Shown piece after piece: positions 1 through 8,402 of a DNA stretch of 62,709 nt. The stretch is from assembly GCA_045606325.1 (NCBI GenBank), contig JAZURS010000137.1, positions 1 through 62,709 of the forward strand, in the 5' to 3' direction. The translations under genes were made by a program, and so were the position numbers. The first letter of the stretch is position 1, and each line of letters starts with the position of its first letter. The notes below the pieces were generated by a model. It ran no database searches. It saw nothing but the letters and a program-made list of their open reading frames with translations, and had not been told where the DNA came from. Source of the DNA: Agathobacter sp. Lineage in GTDB: Bacteria > Bacillota > Clostridia > Lachnospirales > Lachnospiraceae.

Positions 1-1
1 T

Positions 2-277
2 AACCTTTCAGAACCAGCAAATGATTGGGTTGCAGGTGGTATGCCTATCACAAAGATGATGAATATGGAAAGACGTCACGGTGAAGACAAACCAGTTATC
101 AAGAAAGCTCTCGTAGAACTTGATGGTGCTCCATTCAAATACTTCGAAGCTCACCGTGAAGAATGGGCTGAAAACACATGCTTCGTATACCCAGGTGCTA
201 TCCAGTACTACGGACCAACAGAAGTTTGTGATATCACAACAGTTACACTTGCTCTTGAACAGGGTAAAATGAAATAA
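2..277 (+). CDS. pfp: PPi-dependent phosphofructokinase, C-terminal part (5'-truncated by window edge)
   Basis: Frame open from base 2 ([17 protein letters not shown]...[22 protein letters not shown]...YPGAIQYYG), the typical C-terminus of long PPi-PFKs. Confidence 0.85.
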   Translation, partial: NLSEPANDWVAGGMPITKMMNMERRHGEDKPVIKKALVELDGAPFKYFEAHREEWAENTCFVYPGAIQYYGPTEVCDITTVTLALEQGKMK

Positions 278-294
278 ATTTATATGATTTATAC

Positions 295-330
295 AGATGC
301 TCGGTAGGTTGACTGTCGGGCATCTTTTTT
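295..330 (+). terminator. Intrinsic terminator after pfp
   Basis: AGATGCTCGGTAG/CTGTCGGGCATCT stem (with G-U pairs) followed by a T-run. Confidence 0.75.
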
Positions 331-384
331 ATTTACTTTGGATGTTGCTTATTGATAAAAAGACAGTAGAAAGAAGGTATATCC

Positions 385-1125
385 ATGCGAGAAAAAATAG
401 AACTACTCAAAAAATATATAGAGGAATCCGAACGAATCGTTTTCTTCGGTGGCGCAGGAGTCTCCACTGAAAGTGGAGTTCCAGACTTCCGCAGCAAGGA
501 CGGACTCTACAATCAGCACGATGTACAGTTTGAGAAGTTTGCCCCAGAATATCTTTTGAGTCACAGTTGTCTTGTCGATTATCCAAAGGTATTCTATGAA
601 TACTATCGTCAGAAGATGGATGCCCGCCATGTTAAGCCAAATATTACACACAAAGTATTGGCACGCATGGAAGAAGAGGGGAAACTTCTTGCCGTAGTGA
701 CCCAAAACATTGACGGACTACATCAGAAGGCAGGGAGTAAAAAAGTGTATGAACTTCACGGAACCACACTTCGCAATTACTGTGCATGGTGCAAGAAAGA
801 ATATCCATCTGACTACCTCTTCGAATCCACCGAAGCAGTACCGAAATGCGACTGTGGTGGTCAGATTCGTCCAGATGTGACCTTATATGAAGAGGCATTA
901 AACGATGCATCCGTAAATGGAGCCATCAGTGCGATTCTAAACGCAGATATGCTCATCATTGGCGGAACCTCACTCCGCGTATACCCAGCTGCAAGTTATG
1001 TCCGTTATTTTCGAGGAAAGCACTTGGTGGTTATCAATCGTGAAGAGTTAGGTGTAAAACTAGATGCGGAGAAGGACTTGTTTATCTGTGGGTCGTTGGG
1101 GGATGTGTTTAGGGAATTGAACTAA
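385..1125 (+). CDS. cobB: NAD-dependent protein deacylase (sirtuin)
   Basis: GAGVSTESGVPDFRS, TQNIDGLH, ELHG, two Cys pairs, RPDV, GTSL.VYPA motifs. Confidence 0.93.
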   Translation: MREKIELLKKYIEESERIVFFGGAGVSTESGVPDFRSKDGLYNQHDVQFEKFAPEYLLSHSCLVDYPKVFYEYYRQKMDARHVKPNITHKVLARMEEEGKLLAVVTQNIDGLHQKAGSKKVYELHGTTLRNYCAWCKKEYPSDYLFESTEAVPKCDCGGQIRPDVTLYEEALNDASVNGAISAILNADMLIIGGTSLRVYPAASYVRYFRGKHLVVINREELGVKLDAEKDLFICGSLGDVFRELN

Positions 1126-1229
1126 TGGAAATGATGTGCTAATATAATGGTGTCTTTTTTCTTTTTGTTTTGAAATATAGCATTTTAAAAGTTACGTTAA
1201 ACACATTCTTTCAGAAAGGAGGATATCTG

Positions 1230-1502
1230 ATGTCACAGATTGCATACTTAAGTAACGATAGAAGATTTACAGTATTTGAATATGCTGGACACAATATCCG
1301 CTTTCGTACTTCTGAGAGATTAGAGTATTATACAGAAGTAAAAGAATGGGACCATGGATATATTGTTGTGATGGCTAAGTATGAGGGGAAAACTGTGCCA
1401 GAGGAAGAATATATCGATTTAATTCCAATATTGAAAAATTTGTATTTTGACGTAGACGAATTTTTAAATCCAATAAAGGAAGTGAGAATTAAAAATGTGT
1501 AA
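1230..1502 (+). CDS. Small hypothetical protein (about 90 aa), gene 1 of a three-gene cassette
   Basis: Strong RBS AAGGAGG before ATG 1230 (ORF-track start at 1170 is an upstream TTG); overlaps the next gene. Confidence 0.75.
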   Translation: MSQIAYLSNDRRFTVFEYAGHNIRFRTSERLEYYTEVKEWDHGYIVVMAKYEGKTVPEEEYIDLIPILKNLYFDVDEFLNPIKEVRIKNV

Positions 1503-1716
1503 TATTATACAAGTTGCAGATGCTGCAGATGTAATCGTAAATGGTTATGCATTTACAAAAGCAGGAAGTAATGTTCGAATACTAAATTTGAATAAGCCAG
1601 ATAAAGCAGCATTTTTTAATCAATTAGGTGAAGTCCTAGAAACGAGTATGGACGACATCGAATTGGATATAGTACAAGAGTACTATCGAAAAAACAGCAA
1701 ATTTATAGAGGAGTAA
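1495..1716 (+). CDS. Small hypothetical protein (73 aa), gene 2 of the cassette
   Basis: Start overlaps the preceding gene; stop lies 4 nt before the next ATG. Confidence 0.7.
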   Translation: MCNIIQVADAADVIVNGYAFTKAGSNVRILNLNKPDKAAFFNQLGEVLETSMDDIELDIVQEYYRKNSKFIEE

Positions 1717-1720
1717 ATAT

Positions 1721-2008
1721 ATGCCTAAATACTACGAATACAAGGTGTGTGGGTATTATCTTTACTATACCTCACATTGTATTATTGAGGCTATGCATGT
1801 ACATGCAAGCGATAAGAAACTGACAGAAGCAGGTTCCGCTAAGTTTTTTGTAAAAAGCAATGGGGATACTACGATAGAGAATGTAGGTACATTATCTGAA
1901 CGTGAAATAAGAATCATCCGTGAATTTATCAAAGATAATTATAAAGAAATGTATCTAAAGTGGGCGGAAAAAAGTAATGAAGGCTTTTATGGAGAACTGT
2001 TAGAATAA
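1721..2008 (+). CDS. DUF4160-like protein (putative toxin-antitoxin component)
   Basis: MPK...GY.LYY...HVHA...AKFFV pattern, 95 aa, RBS GAGGAG. Confidence 0.65.
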   Translation: MPKYYEYKVCGYYLYYTSHCIIEAMHVHASDKKLTEAGSAKFFVKSNGDTTIENVGTLSEREIRIIREFIKDNYKEMYLKWAEKSNEGFYGELLE

Positions 2009-2025
2009 TAATTAATGATATTTTC

Positions 2026-2051
2026 AAAAAGTCGCCGATAGGCGGCTTTTT
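2026..2051 (+). terminator. Intrinsic, possibly bidirectional, terminator after the cassette
   Basis: AAAAAGTCGCC-GATA-GGCGGCTTTTT. Confidence 0.8.
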
Positions 2052-2172
2052 GTTGTATAGTAAATGAAAAATTTGAAATTGAGGTAAGGGCTTATCAAAT
2101 TAATTCTTTAGATAAAAATTATAAAGAATCTTAAAGTTGAGTCATTAAAAAAACCCTACCACACATGCAAAC

Positions 2173-2301
2173 CAGTTAAGATTAGTAGAAGAATCAAAGT
2201 TGCATTGTGCGAGAGAACATTTTAAAGCAATAAGTGGTGGTAACGTAGTATATGATGTAGTAGACAGTTATCAGACTTTGTTGGATAAAGTAATGAAGTA
2301 A
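2173..2301 (+). pseudogene. 3' remnant of a Type III restriction endonuclease (Res) gene
   Basis: Manual translation QLRLVEESKLHCAREHFKAISGGNVVYDVVDSYQTLLDKVMK* matches the C-terminus I recall for Firmicute Type III Res subunits; no start codon or upstream gene body. Confidence 0.7.
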
Positions 2302-2318
2302 TAAATCTATCATATTTG

Positions 2319-2350
2319 ATGCTCCAGTTTTTACTGGAGCATTTCCTCTT
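2319..2350 (+). terminator. Terminator-like hairpin after the Res remnant
   Basis: Perfect ATGCTCCAGT-TTTT-ACTGGAGCAT hairpin with a pyrimidine tail. Confidence 0.65.
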
Positions 2351-2378
2351 TAAACAACTTAATTCTCATAAAAACTTA

Positions 2379-2407
2379 TTGATATTTCTTTAACAATCTA
2401 GTAAAAT
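2379..2407 (+). promoter_or_regulatory. SigA promoter of nfnAB overlapped by a putative Rex operator (2379-2396)
   Basis: TTGATA-17-TAAAAT; TTGATAT-TTCT-TTAACAA versus the clostridial Rex consensus TTGTTAA-N4-TTAACAA. Confidence 0.55.
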
Positions 2408-2445
2408 AACACTATTGTTGTAGTTATACATAAAGGAGGAACATC

Positions 2446-3336
2446 ATGTATCCAATCGTGAGAAAAGAAGTCCTTGCAGACCAGATCGTGCTCATGGAAG
2501 TGAAAGCACCTATGGTTGCTAGAAAGTGTTTGCCAGGACAGTTTATTATTGCAAAGACAGATGAAATCGGAGAACGTATTCCACTTACTATCTGTGATTA
2601 TGATAGAGAAGCGGAGACAGTAACTATCGTAGTACAGACTATCGGCGCTGGTACAAAGCGTATGATGGATTTAAATGAAGGTGACGAACTTATGGACTTC
2701 GTAGGTCCACTTGGATGTGCGTCAGAACTTTGTGAAGAAAAGAATTTAGAAGAAACCAAACAGAAAAACATTCTTTTTGTAGCAGGTGGACTTGGTATTG
2801 CACCAGTATACCCACAGGTAAAATGGCTTCATGAACATGGTGTAGAAGTAGACGTAATCATGGGTTGCCGTACAAAAGATCTTTTATTCTATATTGATGA
2901 AATGAAAGCAGTAGCAAAGAACGTATATGTAGCTACAGATGATGGAAGCTATGGTTTCCACGGCAATGGTTGTGCACAGCTTCAGGCTCTTTATGATGAA
3001 GGTGTAAGATATGACCAGTGTGTAGCTATTGGACCAATGATTATGATGAAATATACTGCATTACTTACCAAGCAGCTTGAAATTCCTACTATCGTTTCTA
3101 TGAATCCTATCATGGTAGATGGAACAGGTATGTGTGGAGCGTGTCGTCTTATGGTTGGTGGTGAAGTGAAGTTCGCATGTGTAGATGGACCAGAATTTGA
3201 CGGACATTTGGTAGACTTCGATCAGGCTATGGCTAGACAGGCACAGTACAAGACAGCAGAAGGTCGCGCGAAGCTTGCTTATGAAGAAGGAGATACACAC
3301 CACGGTGGATGTGGACATTGCGGAGGTGACGAGTAA
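2446..3336 (+). CDS. nfnA: NfnA, small subunit of electron-bifurcating transhydrogenase (FAD/NAD-binding, 2Fe-2S)
   Basis: GERIPLTI, GPLG, AGGLGIAP, IGPMIMM, MVDGTGMCGACR, CVDGPEF motifs; coupled to the next gene. Confidence 0.88.
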   Translation: MYPIVRKEVLADQIVLMEVKAPMVARKCLPGQFIIAKTDEIGERIPLTICDYDREAETVTIVVQTIGAGTKRMMDLNEGDELMDFVGPLGCASELCEEKNLEETKQKNILFVAGGLGIAPVYPQVKWLHEHGVEVDVIMGCRTKDLLFYIDEMKAVAKNVYVATDDGSYGFHGNGCAQLQALYDEGVRYDQCVAIGPMIMMKYTALLTKQLEIPTIVSMNPIMVDGTGMCGACRLMVGGEVKFACVDGPEFDGHLVDFDQAMARQAQYKTAEGRAKLAYEEGDTHHGGCGHCGGDE

Positions 3337-4721
3337 TGGACGTATTAAAGAGAGTACCTGTTCGTGAACAGGATGCACAGGTTCGTGCAAAGAACTTTGA
3401 AGAAGTATGTTACGGTTACAACGAAGAAGAAGCGGTAGCAGAAGCAGAACGTTGTTTAAATTGTAAAAATGCACTTTGTATGCAGGGATGTCCAGTATCT
3501 ATCAACATTCCAGCATTTATTCAGGAAGTAAAGAATAGAAACTTTGAAGCTGCTTATCAGATTATTTCTGAATCTTCAGCACTTCCAGCAGTTTGTGGCC
3601 GTGTTTGTCCACAGGAAAGCCAGTGTGAAGGCAAATGTATCCGTGGATTCAAAGGTGATCCAGTTTCTATTGGTAAATTGGAACGTTTCGTGGCTGACTG
3701 GGCTCGCGAAAATGGTATTAAACCTAAAAAAGCAGAAAAAATGAATGGTCACAAAGTAGCAGTTATTGGTTCTGGCCCAGCAGGTCTTACCTGTGCAGGA
3801 GACCTTGCAAAACTTGGCTACGAGGTAACTATTTTCGAAGCACTTCATGCGGCAGGTGGTGTACTTGTATATGGTATTCCAGAATTCCGTCTTCCAAAGG
3901 ACAAGGTAGTAGCGGCAGAAGTAGCAAACGTAGAAGCACTTGGTGTAAAGATTGAAACAAACGTAGTTATCGGTAAATCAATTACTATTGATGAACTTAT
4001 CGAAGATGAAGGCTTTGAAGCTGTATTTATCGGTTCTGGTGCAGGTCTTCCTAAGTTTATGGGTATTCCAGGAGAACAGGCAAACGGCGTATTCTCTGCA
4101 AATGAATATTTAACCAGAAATAACCTTATGAAAGCGTTCCAGGAAGGCTATGAAACACCTATTAGCCGTGGCAACAAAGTTGTCGTAGTTGGTGGTGGAA
4201 ACGTAGCAATGGATGCTGCTCGTACAGCTCTTCGTCTTGGCGCAGAAACACATATCGTTTACCGTCGTAGTGAAGAAGAACTTCCTGCACGAGTAGAAGA
4301 AGTACATCATGCAAAAGAAGAAGGCGTTATTTTCGATCTTCTTCAGAATCCAACAGAAATCCTTGTGGATGAAAATGGCTGGGTAAAAGGTATCCGTATT
4401 ATCAAGATGGAACTTGGTGAACCAGATGCATCTGGACGTCGTCGTCCTGTAGAAATTCCAGGTTCTGAATATGAAATTGAATGTGATACAGTTATCATGT
4501 CACTTGGAACTTCTCCAAACCCACTGATTTCTTCTACAACCGAAGGATTAGATATCAATAAATGGAAGTGTATCGTTGCAGAAGAAGCATCTGGTGCTAC
4601 ATCTAAAGAAGGTGTATACGCTGGTGGTGATGCTGTAACAGGTGCAGCAACCGTAATTCTTGCAATGGGTGCTGGTAAAGCAGCTGCTGCAGGTATTCAT
4701 GACTTTTTATCTAATAAATAG
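3336..4721 (+). CDS. nfnB: NfnB, large subunit (GltD-like; often annotated as glutamate synthase)
   Basis: EAERCLNC...C..GCP, CGRVCPQESQCE, GSGPAG, GGGNVAMD, GGDAVTG; TAATG stop/start overlap with nfnA. Confidence 0.88.
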   Translation: MDVLKRVPVREQDAQVRAKNFEEVCYGYNEEEAVAEAERCLNCKNALCMQGCPVSINIPAFIQEVKNRNFEAAYQIISESSALPAVCGRVCPQESQCEGKCIRGFKGDPVSIGKLERFVADWARENGIKPKKAEKMNGHKVAVIGSGPAGLTCAGDLAKLGYEVTIFEALHAAGGVLVYGIPEFRLPKDKVVAAEVANVEALGVKIETNVVIGKSITIDELIEDEGFEAVFIGSGAGLPKFMGIPGEQANGVFSANEYLTRNNLMKAFQEGYETPISRGNKVVVVGGGNVAMDAARTALRLGAETHIVYRRSEEELPARVEEVHHAKEEGVIFDLLQNPTEILVDENGWVKGIRIIKMELGEPDASGRRRPVEIPGSEYEIECDTVIMSLGTSPNPLISSTTEGLDINKWKCIVAEEASGATSKEGVYAGGDAVTGAATVILAMGAGKAAAAGIHDFLSNK

Positions 4722-4729
4722 ACTAATTT

Positions 4730-4760
4730 AGGGCTGACGTAGGTCGGCCCTTTATTTTTT
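4730..4760 (+). terminator. Intrinsic terminator after nfnAB
   Basis: AGGGCTGAC-GTAG-GTCGGCCCT with a T-rich tail. Confidence 0.8.
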
Positions 4761-4778
4761 ATAGTTTTGCGTGCAGTC

Positions 4779-4807
4779 TTGTTAAAAACTTAAAAATAAG
4801 GTATAAT
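4779..4807 (+). promoter_or_regulatory. SigA promoter of the 4848-11643 operon
   Basis: TTGTTA-17-TATAAT. Confidence 0.6.
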
Positions 4808-4847
4808 TACTTTAACTATGTAGACATGAAGAAAAGGGGACTTAAAG

Positions 4848-7800
4848 GTGCGTAAACGTATTAAACAACTAGCCAGAGGCAAGTTTGAATACGCGAAACC
4901 AGAGCTTCTTTTGTCTGAGGAAGAAATCACATTTTCTGTGATGGAAGGAGAGGATTACGAGGGTAGTTTTACCATCGAAAATCCAAAGGAAATCAAACTT
5001 CGTGGGCTTGTATATTCCACACATCCACGTATGGAGATTCTTAACCCTCAGTTCGAAGGAGAACAGGTTCGGATTCGCTATAAGTTTAATAGTTTTGGTT
5101 TAAGTGAAGGGCTGACTGAAAAAGGCGATTTTATAATCGTTTGTAATCAGACTACAATCAGTCTTTCTTTTTGTGCGTCCATTTCAAAGAAATACGCGGA
5201 GACCTCTATCGGACCTATTAAGAGCCTATATGATTTCTCTTGTCTGGCAAAGGAAGATTGGAATGAAGCGTTCCAACTTTTCTATAATAAGAACTTTCCA
5301 AATATCATTAAGCCAAATGAAGTGAAAGAGAGCATGATTTATCGTGGTATTATTACTGCTAAGCCATGTAATCAGAATATGGAAGAGTTCTTGATTGGAA
5401 TTCGAAAGAAAGAAAAGATTTCGTTTAAAGTAGATAAAAATCAGGTTGAACTTTATGAGGTGACAGATACTGTAAAAGAAACTGTGGAAATCAAAAAGGA
5501 CAACTGGGGATATATAGAGATAAAGGTTTCGTGCGATTCCGATTATATTCGTTTACCAAAGAATAAGATTCGTACAGAAGATTTTATTGGAAGTACTTAT
5601 CAGATGGATTTCTTTGTAGAGCCAGAAAAATTACATGCAGGTAAGAATTATGCTAGAATCCAGCTTTCTACGGTTTATGAAACTGTGAGTATAGAGGTAG
5701 TGGCGGACCGTAGAGCAAAGTCTGAAGGAAGCGTAGAGCAGTCATTAGAAATCAAGGAATGCCTAGCTGGCATTATGGAACTCTATCAGGCATATCGTTT
5801 GAAACGCATCGTAACAGGTGTGTGGGCAAACGAAACCATTTCGATTTTGGACCACCTGCGTGCGTTAGAGCCAGATGAACCAATGCATCGTCTTATGAAG
5901 GCGCAGTGTCTGATTATCAATAGACAAAGACAGGAAGCGGAATGGATTTTAGAGGAATTCAAACGTGAATGGATAGATAGAAAAGCACCTGTTTGGGGTT
6001 ATTATCTGTATATCATGACACTTTTAGAACGTGAACCAAGCTATGTGGACAAGCTGACCAAAGAAATCGAAGCAATTTTTCACGAAAACCCAGATTCAGT
6101 TATGTTGTTCTGGGTACTTACGTTCTTACAGGAAAAGTACATTGGAAATAATGCACTTAAATTAAAAGATATTGAATATTGGGTAATGAAGGGATGTTCA
6201 TCACCTTACCTGTATTTGGAAGCATATTATTTGATTTGGCAGGATCCATATCTGTTGACTAAACTGAATGCATTCGAAATCCGTGTGCTTCGTTGGGCTG
6301 CTAGACGTCGTGCGATTACAAAGGATATAGCGATTCAGATTTTCCAGATTATGGAAACCTATAAGGACTTTAGTCCAGTATTATATCAGTTGCTTTGTGC
6401 AGCATATGAGGCGAATCCAAAGCCTGAATATGTAGGTGTTATCTGTGGCTACTTGATTAAGAGCCAGCAATATGATCCGATGTATCATCACTGGTTTGAA
6501 AAGGGAATTGAATTGGAACTTCGTATTACCAGTCTGTATGAAGGATATTTACTTTCGATGGATGATCGTAAGGTAAATCAGGTTCCAAAGATTATTCAGA
6601 TGTACTTCCAGTATGAGAGCGGTTTGCCATATAAGAAGATGGCCGTACTTTACAACAATATTATAGCCTCTAAGGAAAGTAGTCCGGAAGTATATCAGAA
6701 ATATTGTCGTACCATGGGTAGATTTGCTATGGATCAGATTCTGGCAGGACATATTGATGATAATTTGGCTGTGGTATATGATGATATGCTGGATTTGGGT
6801 GTGATTAATCAGGAAATTTCGAAAGCATTATCGTATATTATTTTCACCCATAAAGTAATGGTATTTGATAAACGCATGGTGCGAGCAATCATTTATCAGC
6901 GTCAAATGAAAGATCCACAGATTGTTCCAATCGTGGATAATGTCGCATATTTCCAGCTTTATTCAAAGGAATATGTGATTGTTTTTGAAGATGAAAAGGG
7001 ACACCGTTATTCTGGTAGCATCTCTTATCAGCTTCAGAGCCTTATGGATGCACAGAAATATTTGGAAAAATGTATGGAACTTACGCCATTACAGCTTCCA
7101 TATTTGGTTGCATATTTTGATACCAGACAAACGTATCTGACCTTTGAAAAGGGAGATAAAGAACATTTTAAACCATTAATGTTCTCAGAAGCAATAAGTG
7201 CAGAGTATAAGGCACGTCTGTTGCCAGAAATACTGAGATTCTATCAGATTCAGGCATTTGATGCTTCGGTGGAAGACTACTTATTGAAAGCAGATTATAG
7301 TAAACTGGATGATTCTTCTCGTAAGTTTGCAATTGAATTATGTGTAGATAATCATTTGTTTGATTTTGCTTATGATAAGATTATGCAATACGGAATCGAC
7401 CAGATTGGCTCTGCTGCGAAAGTTGCATTGGCTAGTTATATGATAGAGCAGACAGAGTATGAAGAGGATGAGTTTTTACTTAATCTTTCAATTACTGCGT
7501 TCCGAGCAAAGAAATACAATGATAAGATGCTGAAATACTTATGCATGCATTTCAATGGACCTACACAGGATATGCAGGATATTTGGTTCGCAGCCAAGAA
7601 TTTTGATATCGATCGTTTTGATATTTCGGAACGAATTCTCGTGCAGATGATGTATGCAGATGACATGGTGTTAGAAGGTATTCCAGTGTTTACGTATTTC
7701 TACGAGGCAGGGGGAAAAGACTTTATCACTCTGGCATATATTTCAGATTGTGCTCATCGATATTTTGTGGAAAACCAGAAAATAGATGATGATATATTTG

Positions 7801-8390
7801 AACTAATAGAAGCAAGGTACATATACAATTTCGAATTAAACGATGCATGTAAACTAGCATTGCTTAAATACTATTCAGATTTGACGAAGCCATCTGAGCG
7901 TCAGTTGGCAATCGAAGATGAACTTTTGGCGGAATATACCAGAAGAAATATGCTTTTTGCATTCTACAAGAGATTGTCTCCAGACCTTGTGTTGAAATAT
8001 CATTTGTATGACAAGGTATTTCTTGAGTATAGAACAAATCCACACAGTCATGTAGTGCTTCATTATAGCCGTGACGAGGATGGAGATGTGTTCTTGAAAG
8101 AAGATATGTTGGATGTTTACGATGGTATTTTCGTAAAGTCCTTTACAATGTTCTTCGGAGAGGCTATTCAGTACTATATTAGTGAAGAGTATGGTAATGA
8201 GGTAGAAGTAACCGAGAGTAACCGTATTGTAAACAATGATGTTTACAACAAGAATGATGAGAGCAGATATAATCTGCTGAATCAGATGCTGATTTCTAAC
8301 ACTTTACAGGAAGATGCAGATTTGTATCAGGCAATGAAGAAGTATGCCGGATATGAAGAATTGACACAGAAGGTGTTCAAATTATTATAA
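4848..8390 (+). CDS. Large hypothetical protein, DUF5717-like (N-terminal Ig-like beta domains, helical solenoid, C-terminal beta domain)
   Basis: 1180-aa ORF, GTG start with RBS AAGGGGA, no signal peptide; family name from recall. Confidence 0.7.
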   Translation: MRKRIKQLARGKFEYAKPELLLSEEEITFSVMEGEDYEGSFTIENPKEIKLRGLVYSTHPRMEILNPQFEGEQVRIRYKFNSFGLSEGLTEKGDFIIVCNQTTISLSFCASISKKYAETSIGPIKSLYDFSCLAKEDWNEAFQLFYNKNFPNIIKPNEVKESMIYRGIITAKPCNQNMEEFLIGIRKKEKISFKVDKNQVELYEVTDTVKETVEIKKDNWGYIEIKVSCDSDYIRLPKNKIRTEDFIGSTYQMDFFVEPEKLHAGKNYARIQLSTVYETVSIEVVADRRAKSEGSVEQSLEIKECLAGIMELYQAYRLKRIVTGVWANETISILDHLRALEPDEPMHRLMKAQCLIINRQRQEAEWILEEFKREWIDRKAPVWGYYLYIMTLLEREPSYVDKLTKEIEAIFHENPDSVMLFWVLTFLQEKYIGNNALKLKDIEYWVMKGCSSPYLYLEAYYLIWQDPYLLTKLNAFEIRVLRWAARRRAITKDIAIQIFQIMETYKDFSPVLYQLLCAAYEANPKPEYVGVICGYLIKSQQYDPMYHHWFEKGIELELRITSLYEGYLLSMDDRKVNQVPKIIQMYFQYESGLPYKKMAVLYNNIIASKESSPEVYQKYCRTMGRFAMDQILAGHIDDNLAVVYDDMLDLGVINQEISKALSYIIFTHKVMVFDKRMVRAIIYQRQMKDPQIVPIVDNVAYFQLYSKEYVIVFEDEKGHRYSGSISYQLQSLMDAQKYLEKCMELTPLQLPYLVAYFDTRQTYLTFEKGDKEHFKPLMFSEAISAEYKARLLPEILRFYQIQAFDASVEDYLLKADYSKLDDSSRKFAIELCVDNHLFDFAYDKIMQYGIDQIGSAAKVALASYMIEQTEYEEDEFLLNLSITAFRAKKYNDKMLKYLCMHFNGPTQDMQDIWFAAKNFDIDRFDISERILVQMMYADDMVLEGIPVFTYFYEAGGKDFITLAYISDCAHRYFVENQKIDDDIFELIEARYIYNFELNDACKLALLKYYSDLTKPSERQLAIEDELLAEYTRRNMLFAFYKRLSPDLVLKYHLYDKVFLEYRTNPHSHVVLHYSRDEDGDVFLKEDMLDVYDGIFVKSFTMFFGEAIQYYISEEYGNEVEVTESNRIVNNDVYNKNDESRYNLLNQMLISNTLQEDADLYQAMKKYAGYEELTQKVFKLL

Positions 8391-8402
8391 ACAGAGGGTA
8401 GC

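Noticed and set aside
385-1125. Sirtuin as an anti-phage Sir2 effector (ThsA/DSR-type)
   Set aside because: Stand-alone 246-aa protein with the Zn-binding Cys pairs and full deacylase motifs; no fused sensor domain
2060-2134. Short frame VNEKFEIEVRAYQINSLDKNYKES* as another gene remnant
   Set aside because: No start, RBS or recognisable family; may be chance in AT-rich DNA
3336-4721. Glutamate synthase small subunit
   Set aside because: No gltB nearby and it is coupled to an NfnA-type gene, so NfnB fits better
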